Shown in pieces: positions 58,390 to 64,000 of a stretch of 64,000 bases of DNA. Under the pieces are notes generated by a model. That model was not told the DNA's origin, searched no databases, and was given only the letters and a program-made list of their open reading frames with translations. The stretch is from Candidatus Spongiisociaceae bacterium. Lineage in GTDB: Bacteria > Actinomycetota > Acidimicrobiia > Spongiisociales > Spongiisociaceae. The stretch is from the NCBI GenBank assembly GCA_965219685.1, contig CBDCOH010000002.1, positions 480,001 to 544,000 of the forward strand. The letters are read 5' to 3'. The translations under genes were made by a program, and so were the position numbers. Numbering within the stretch: position 1 is the stretch's first letter; each line of letters starts with the position of its first letter.

Positions 58390-59670
58390 GTGATTGTGCG
58401 GCTCAGATTCTTGAGGACCCAGGTGTTGCTGGATGGAGTGACGCTGGCCCTGTCGATCCTGCTGGGGTCGCTGATCACCCTCGGTACCCCGTTTCCCTGG
58501 CTGTTCGAGCCGCAGGTGGTTTCCCTTCTCGCCATCATGTTCGGCGGCCTGGGCCTCGCCGAGTGGGGTGTCTCGAGGGTGCTGGTGGGGAGCGCCCCCC
58601 GTCCTTCGTACGGTCGGGCGTTCGCGGTGACGCTCATTGTTCTGGGGACGACCTCCCTGGCTCTCGTCGCCACCCGGGTCTACTTCTCGAGATCCCTGAT
58701 TGGCTGGTCGATGGCGTTGTTCCTGCTGGGGGCGGTGGGTCACCGCGCATTGCACCGTCGCCGGCCCTGGACGGAGTCGATGGTCCTCGTCACCGATGAG
58801 AAGGGGCTGGTCGACGACCTCCGTAATGCCCCGCACGCGAATGTGACCTCTGTCCTGGACCCGTCGACCACCGGGCAGATCGAGCCCCTATCGCCTGGGG
58901 TGGTGCTCGGGATAGACCTCAAGTCGGTGCTGTCCGACCGGATGGCTCAGTATGTGTCGTCGTGCACCCTGGCCGGGTTCGACGTACGTCCGCTCACCCA
59001 GGTGTACGAGATGCACACCGGCCGGATGCCGGTGGTTTCCCTGGCGGAGGGTTGGGAGCTCTCCGCACCGGTACTACGCACCGCTCCTTACCTGCCTGGC
59101 AAGCGCCTCTTCGACTTGCTGGCTGTACTGGTCACGGCTCCGCTCTCCCTCCTTCTAGCCGGGTGGGTAGCGGCCTCCATCCGTCTCAGTTCACCGGGGG
59201 CCGTGATCTTCCGCCAGACCCGGGTAGGCCGCAACGGAGTCCCGTTCGTGCAGTACAAGTTCCGCTCGATGTGGGAGGGCTCCGAACGTGCCGGGCCCTC
59301 GTTCACGCTGGAGAAGGACGACCGGGTAGTTCCCGTCGGGCGCTGGCTACGCCGTTTCCGGCTCGATGAACTCCCGCAGTTGTGGAACGTATTGAAGGGT
59401 GATCTGAGCTTGGTCGGTCCTCGCCCCGAGCAGGTGGAGTTCGTCGAGCGGTTCTCGCGCACCATCCCCTTCTACGAGCACCGCCACCTTGTCCGGCCCG
59501 GCCTCACCGGATGGGCACAGGTGAACTACGGATATGCCGACAGCGACGCCGACACGATAGACAAGCTCACCTACGATCTCTTCTACCTGAAGCACATGAG
59601 CCCATGGCTCGACCTGGAGATCCTCGGCCGCACCTGCTGGACCATCCTGAGCGGCTTCGGAGCGAGGTAG
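58390..59670 (+). CDS. Polyprenyl-phosphate sugar phosphotransferase (WbaP/WcaJ family priming transferase)
   Basis: KRLFD, FRQTRVG, YKFRSM, RFRLDELPQLWNVLKGDLSLVGPRPE, PGLTGWAQV. Confidence 0.95.
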   Translation: MIVRLRFLRTQVLLDGVTLALSILLGSLITLGTPFPWLFEPQVVSLLAIMFGGLGLAEWGVSRVLVGSAPRPSYGRAFAVTLIVLGTTSLALVATRVYFSRSLIGWSMALFLLGAVGHRALHRRRPWTESMVLVTDEKGLVDDLRNAPHANVTSVLDPSTTGQIEPLSPGVVLGIDLKSVLSDRMAQYVSSCTLAGFDVRPLTQVYEMHTGRMPVVSLAEGWELSAPVLRTAPYLPGKRLFDLLAVLVTAPLSLLLAGWVAASIRLSSPGAVIFRQTRVGRNGVPFVQYKFRSMWEGSERAGPSFTLEKDDRVVPVGRWLRRFRLDELPQLWNVLKGDLSLVGPRPEQVEFVERFSRTIPFYEHRHLVRPGLTGWAQVNYGYADSDADTIDKLTYDLFYLKHMSPWLDLEILGRTCWTILSGFGAR

Positions 59671-59802
59671 TGGCTGGTGGCTTGTGGTCGGTGATTAGTG
59701 ATGGTCGGCAACGTCAGTAGGTGCTTCACCATTCACGATTCACCACTCACGACTCACGATTCACCACTCACGATTCACCATTCACCATTCACCATTCACC
59801 AG
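59668..59802. repeat. Paired arrays, degenerate (TAGTGGC..) and (TCACSAY)x11
   Basis: Convergent junction; the second array encodes the MoeB end GEW*. Confidence 0.93.
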
Positions 59803-60964
59803 CCCGGCAGGTCTGGTCGTAGTCGACCAGGGCCGGAGGTGTCTGCGGGTCGCCGCATGCGGGGCACCCGGGCGTCTTCCCGAACGTGAGGGTGCGGAAC
59901 TCCTGCGAGAGAGCGTCGTAGAGGAGTAGGCGTCCCACCAGCGACTCCCCGATGCCGAGTAGCCACTTGAGGGCCTCTGTCGCCTGGAGCAGCCCGATGA
60001 CTCCCGGCAGCACCCCGAGGACGCCGGCCTCTGCGCAGTTCGGCGCCAGTTCGGGGGGAGGAGGCTCCGGAAACAGACACCGGTAGCAAGGACCCGAACC
60101 CGGGTCGAACATGCTCACCTGGCCCTCGAACCGGAAGACCGACCCGTGGACGACCGGGATCCCGAGATGAATGGAGGCATCGTTGAGCAGGTAACGGGTG
60201 GGGAAGTTGTCGGTCCCGTCAACTACCAGGTCGTATCCGGCCAGGAGTTCCAGGACCCCGGCAGCATCGAGCCGCGAGTCGTACGTCTCCACCGAGACGT
60301 CGGGGTTGAGCCCTCTGATTGTGTCACGGGCGGACAGGACCTTCCGATCGCCGACCGACCGGACCGTGTGGAGAACCTGCCGCTGGAGGTTGGTGATGTC
60401 CACCCGATCATGGTCCACCATCCCGAGGGTTCCCACGCCGGCTGCCGCAAGGTAGAGGGCGACGGGTGAGCCCAACCCGCCGGCGCCGACGATCAGCACG
60501 CGGGAATCCAGCAGCTTACCCTGGCCGCTCTGGCCCACCTCGGGGAGCCGGATATGGCGGTCGTACCGTTGCTGCTGGGTCACCGAGAGCCCATCGGGGA
60601 GGTCCCATGCCCCTCCGCTCAGCTTCCAGGCCTGGAAGCCACCCGCCAGAGAGTGGATCCCGTCGTATCCCATCGTCTCGAGAGTCTGAGCAGCGAGCGC
60701 GGAGCGCGCGCCCGAGCCGCAGTAGAGAACGACCGCCAGGCCGCCGGGCAGGCCGGGCGGACCGACCAACTGGCCCACGGTCCCCTCCAGCACGCCGCGT
60801 GGGATGTGGAAGGCTCCCGGGATCTTTCCCTGCTCCCACTCGACGCCTTCCCGGACATCGACGAGTGCTACCTCCCTCGGGTCCATTTCGGCGAGTTCGG
60901 ATACAGAAATCTCGCGTATCCGGCGCCGTGCCTCCAGGACCAGTTCCAGGTACGAGGTTGCCAT
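59789..60964 (-). CDS. moeB: Rhodanese-MoeB (molybdopterin-synthase adenylyltransferase, MoeZ-like)
   Basis: N-terminal DVRE...YCGSGARS rhodanese; RYDRHI.LPEVG, GAGGLGSP, NLQRQ, CYRC, CPAC. Confidence 0.95.
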   Translation of the reverse strand: MATSYLELVLEARRRIREISVSELAEMDPREVALVDVREGVEWEQGKIPGAFHIPRGVLEGTVGQLVGPPGLPGGLAVVLYCGSGARSALAAQTLETMGYDGIHSLAGGFQAWKLSGGAWDLPDGLSVTQQQRYDRHIRLPEVGQSGQGKLLDSRVLIVGAGGLGSPVALYLAAAGVGTLGMVDHDRVDITNLQRQVLHTVRSVGDRKVLSARDTIRGLNPDVSVETYDSRLDAAGVLELLAGYDLVVDGTDNFPTRYLLNDASIHLGIPVVHGSVFRFEGQVSMFDPGSGPCYRCLFPEPPPPELAPNCAEAGVLGVLPGVIGLLQATEALKWLLGIGESLVGRLLLYDALSQEFRTLTFGKTPGCPACGDPQTPPALVDYDQTCRAGEW

Positions 60965-61050
60965 GGGCCTAGCGTAACCAGAGCGACGCGGAACCGAAGG
61001 ACCGTCCGATGGCTCCGGCCCGGACCGGCGACGCACGGCCCGGGAACCTC

Positions 61051-61809
61051 TCATGAATCCGCGAGCAGGGCGACGAGCCTGGTCAGGGCTTCTCCGGCCG
61101 CGTGTTCCACCTTGACATCGGCGCGGTCGTCGAAGTCGGTCGGGCCCATATTCACGATCACGAACGGGATGCCGCGGCTCGCGGCCACCAGCGGGATCTC
61201 GGCAGCCGGCCAGACGGAGAGCGTGGTGCCGACGGCCATCACCGCGTCCGCTCGGCGCGCCATGGTGTGAGCTCGGCTCATCTCCCCGGCGGGCATGGCT
61301 TGACCGAACGAGATCACGGTCAGCTTGATTATCCCCCTGCAGCGCGGGCAGTGAGGATCCTCGTCGCCATCCTCGACCCAGCCGAACACCTCCTGGGTGG
61401 GCCATTCGGCGGAGCACATCAGGCACCGGACCTTCCAGACGTTTCCGTGCACCTCGACGACCAGCCGGCGCGGTAGGCCGGCCGCTTGGTGGAGGCCGTC
61501 GATATTCTGGGTCACGCACCCTTCCAAGCGGCCCATCCGCGCCAGTTCCGCAACCGCCAAATGCGCCGCATTGGGCCGGGCGTCCCTGATCGGAGAGTTC
61601 GACCACCTGTCCCAGCTTCGCTTTCGGGCGGCGGACGAGGCCAGGTAACGGGTGATGGTGAAGTCGTCCGGGTCCACCTTGGTCCACAGACCGTCGGGAC
61701 CGCGGAAGTCAGGGATTCCCGACTCGGTGGAGACGCCGGCTCCCGTAAAGACCAGCACACGTTGGGAGCCGGAGAGCAGCGAACCGGCGCGTTCGATCGT
61801 ATCGGGCAT
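61051..61809 (-). CDS. cobB: Sir2-family NAD-dependent deacylase
   Basis: TGAGVSTESGIPDFRG, TQNIDGLH, EVHG, CLMC/CPRC zinc site. Confidence 0.93.
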   Translation of the reverse strand: MPDTIERAGSLLSGSQRVLVFTGAGVSTESGIPDFRGPDGLWTKVDPDDFTITRYLASSAARKRSWDRWSNSPIRDARPNAAHLAVAELARMGRLEGCVTQNIDGLHQAAGLPRRLVVEVHGNVWKVRCLMCSAEWPTQEVFGWVEDGDEDPHCPRCRGIIKLTVISFGQAMPAGEMSRAHTMARRADAVMAVGTTLSVWPAAEIPLVAASRGIPFVIVNMGPTDFDDRADVKVEHAAGEALTRLVALLADS

Positions 61810-61916
61810 GGTGGTCCCGATGGTAGGGGACCGTCGGTAGGGAAACCGGAGCGTATCGTCGCGGTTACGTATGCGTCACGCGCAAGTCGTAGTGCGCAAC
61901 TCGTCCAGCCCCCCGA

Positions 61917-62363
61917 TCAGAGCGAGGAGGGCAGGCCGGCAGCCTCGAGGTCCTGGGTGTGGCGTCGTCTGAGGTCCGGCGACAGCCGCGCCACATGGTG
62001 GCGACCGAGAGGGGGGATCCTGTCGCTGACCCAGACCGCCCGCTGTGCGTGGTGGACCAATCCTTCGCGGCACAGGACCGGCAGGTACAGAGGATGGGGG
62101 ATGGTCCGTTGGCGCTTGGCGGCGCATATCACCCGCAGCAACTCTTCCACCGCGCCGGGGCCGAGGATCGCGGTCCAGTACGTGCGGACGTACGGGTGGG
62201 ACGGCTCGAAGCCGGCGCCGGATCGACGCTGCCAGAGCCGGGGAGCAATCCGGTACCGTTTCTGGCCGGGGATGCGGACCGCGGCGCCCGGTGACGGCGC
62301 GATGTCCGTGGCGACGGGAGGACGATCGTCCAGACGGACTGTACCGGGCGCTGCGAACCGCAT
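61917..62363 (-). CDS. Hypothetical protein
   Basis: GFEPSHPYVRTYWTAILGP segment looks protein-like; AT-rich promoter-like region upstream. Confidence 0.55.
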   Translation of the reverse strand: MRFAAPGTVRLDDRPPVATDIAPSPGAAVRIPGQKRYRIAPRLWQRRSGAGFEPSHPYVRTYWTAILGPGAVEELLRVICAAKRQRTIPHPLYLPVLCREGLVHHAQRAVWVSDRIPPLGRHHVARLSPDLRRRHTQDLEAAGLPSSL

Positions 62364-62449
62364 GTCCAGTACATTACCCTATTAACGATAGTTAACAAGA
62401 GTGTATTCTAAACAATATTTCGCGGTCGTCGCCTCTATGTGTGCGGTCG

Positions 62450-64000
62450 CTAGGCCTCGGTATCGTCCGGATCGGCCGGCGCTCCGACCACGAGAGTGAG
62501 GGTTCCGCCGGACGGGATGGTGGCGGCTGCCTCCGGTTCGGTACGCAATACCCGGTCCACCATCTCGGCGTCCGCCACCGGCTCGTAGGTCACCTCTACC
62601 GCCAGGTCGGCTCCGGTTCCCTCTCGAGCGGCCTCTATCCGGTCGAGGGCGTCCTCGACGCTCGATCCCGTCACGTCGGGCACCACGAGACCGGTCATAC
62701 CGGCGGACACCCTGACCAGCACCGTGGCGCCCTCATCGGCCTCCTCTCCTACCGGGGGTTCGGTACCGAGCACGGTGCCCTCCGCTTCCGACGACTCCAC
62801 CTCCTCCACTTCGGGAACCAGGTGTGCGTCGAAGACAGCATCCCGGGCATCTTCGAGAGGCAGGCCGACGACCTCCGGGATCCTGGTGAACGGCACCTGG
62901 TTGTAGAGGCCGATTCCCAGGCTGCTCGGGAATTCTCCCGCCGGGTACTTATCGAGCACGATCTCCATGAACTCCTTCCAGATCGGCGCCGGAACGGAAC
63001 CGCCGAAGACACGGGTGTAGTTCTCACCGTTGATCATCACATCCCGCAGGGCTACCTGCTCGTCGGGATAACCCACCCAGACCGCGGTCGTGAAGTTGGG
63101 GACGTAACCCACGAACCAGGCATCGCGGTAGGCCTGGTGCGTACCGGTTTTCCCGGCCTGCGGCACATCTTCGATGACTGCCCGGCGTGCAGTGCCGCAG
63201 CACACCACCCTCTCCATCGGTCGGCGGATGGCGGCGGCCAGAACAGGATCGACCGCCTGGAACGGACTCACGCGCTTCTCGTATACCACCGTCCCGTCGG
63301 CCGTCGTTATCCGGGAGACCAGGTATGGCACGGCGTGGATTCCGTTGGTGGCGAAGGTGCTGTAGGCGGAAGCCATCTCGAGCGGGCTCACGGCGCCTGC
63401 GCCGAGCGCGAGGGAGTACACCTCCTCCAACTCCGACGTTATGCCCATCGCGTTCGCGGTACGGATGATGGCCTGCGGTCCCACCAGCACCGCGAGCTGG
63501 GCGTAGACGGTGTTGACCGAAGACTCCGTCGCCTTGGCGACCGTGATCATCTCGTCCACCCGTCCGGCGTTGCGCACGGTCCATACGTATCCGCCGTCCG
63601 GACCGCACGGATCCTCGCACTCGATCTCGATGGGGCTCCGGGCATCCCAGTGGGACTGGAGGCTTCCCCCGCTCTCGAGATAGGCGGCCAGGACGAACGG
63701 TTTGAACGCCGAACCGGGATTCCGCCGCCCCTGGATGGCAAGGTCGAACTGCTCCTGCTCGAAGGGGAGGCCCGAGGACATGGCGAGGACCGCCCCGGTG
63801 TGGTTCTCCACCATGGCGATGGCCCCGGTGGGAGCCCCCCGGGGATCGTTGAACGAACCGTCTGGAACCGGCAGCCATGACTGGAGAATCCGGTTGGCGG
63901 CCTCCTGCATGTCCAGGTCCACAGTGACGAATATCTGCAGACCGCCCCCTCCCACACAGTCCACCTCGTGGGCCGGGCAACCGAAGATGGCCTGCCGGCG
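62450..64000 (-). CDS. Class A penicillin-binding protein, transpeptidase plus two PASTA domains (5' truncated by window)
   Basis: GSAFK (SxxK), SVN (SxN), GKTGT; C-terminal IPEVVG and VPDVTG PASTA repeats. Confidence 0.93.
   Translation of the reverse strand, partial: RRQAIFGCPAHEVDCVGGGGLQIFVTVDLDMQEAANRILQSWLPVPDGSFNDPRGAPTGAIAMVENHTGAVLAMSSGLPFEQEQFDLAIQGRRNPGSAFKPFVLAAYLESGGSLQSHWDARSPIEIECEDPCGPDGGYVWTVRNAGRVDEMITVAKATESSVNTVYAQLAVLVGPQAIIRTANAMGITSELEEVYSLALGAGAVSPLEMASAYSTFATNGIHAVPYLVSRITTADGTVVYEKRVSPFQAVDPVLAAAIRRPMERVVCCGTARRAVIEDVPQAGKTGTHQAYRDAWFVGYVPNFTTAVWVGYPDEQVALRDVMINGENYTRVFGGSVPAPIWKEFMEIVLDKYPAGEFPSSLGIGLYNQVPFTRIPEVVGLPLEDARDAVFDAHLVPEVEEVESSEAEGTVLGTEPPVGEEADEGATVLVRVSAGMTGLVVPDVTGSSVEDALDRIEAAREGTGADLAVEVTYEPVADAEMVDRVLRTEPEAAATIPSGGTLTLVVGAPADPDDTEA

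Noticed and set aside
9543-59802. Short repeat arrays as CRISPR
   Set aside because: Units are 7 bp in tandem with no unique spacers, and there are no cas genes in the window.
59789-61687. 632-aa extended MoeB and other N-terminally extended ORF calls (tkt 33775, mtlA 17650, mtlD 15399, 39380)
   Set aside because: The extensions overlap neighbouring real genes; starts were reassigned to where family homology begins.
61051-61809. Sir2 as an anti-phage (Thoeris/DSR) effector
   Set aside because: Classical zinc-binding CobB-type deacylase in a housekeeping context with no defence partners.

Overview
High-GC actinobacterial chromosomal segment. mshA, a guaB1-type gene, rex, a split b6-type Rieske/cytochrome b cluster and SLH proteins point to Acidimicrobiia; a marine or host-associated lifestyle is inferred, not shown. 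Contents in order: housekeeping genes (guaB1-like, cutA, MoaD-membrane fusion, M23 peptidase, mshA, pyc, Clp1-like kinase); a mannitol-type PTS cluster bracketed by a 22-bp direct repeat; a divergent respiratory locus; rex and argJ; a DUF222/HNH gene with LexA- and PafBC-like signals; dsbB/tlpA/tkt; a cell-surface polysaccharide region (wzm/wzt, CsaB-like pyruvyltransferase, GT-C, two large double-GT2 proteins, SpoIID-SLH, priming transferase) interrupted by a MerR-thioredoxin fusion and a decayed FN3/PKD surface-protein gene; then pepA, moeB, a sirtuin and a PBP. Two candidates stand out as possibly undescribed. (1) The respiratory locus: a cbb3 subunit I homologue has lost all six metal-ligand histidines but remains full length, and its two partner cytochromes share a ~35-45 aa N-terminal module (PEHLxxRSAEAxAxAxGV..VL) with subunit IV of the bc complex, suggesting a docking system. 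(2) Paired, inward-facing 7-bp repeat arrays at many gene junctions that often supply the stop codons. All calls are by-eye motif recognition; no database searches were run. No tRNA, rRNA or CRISPR array was found.
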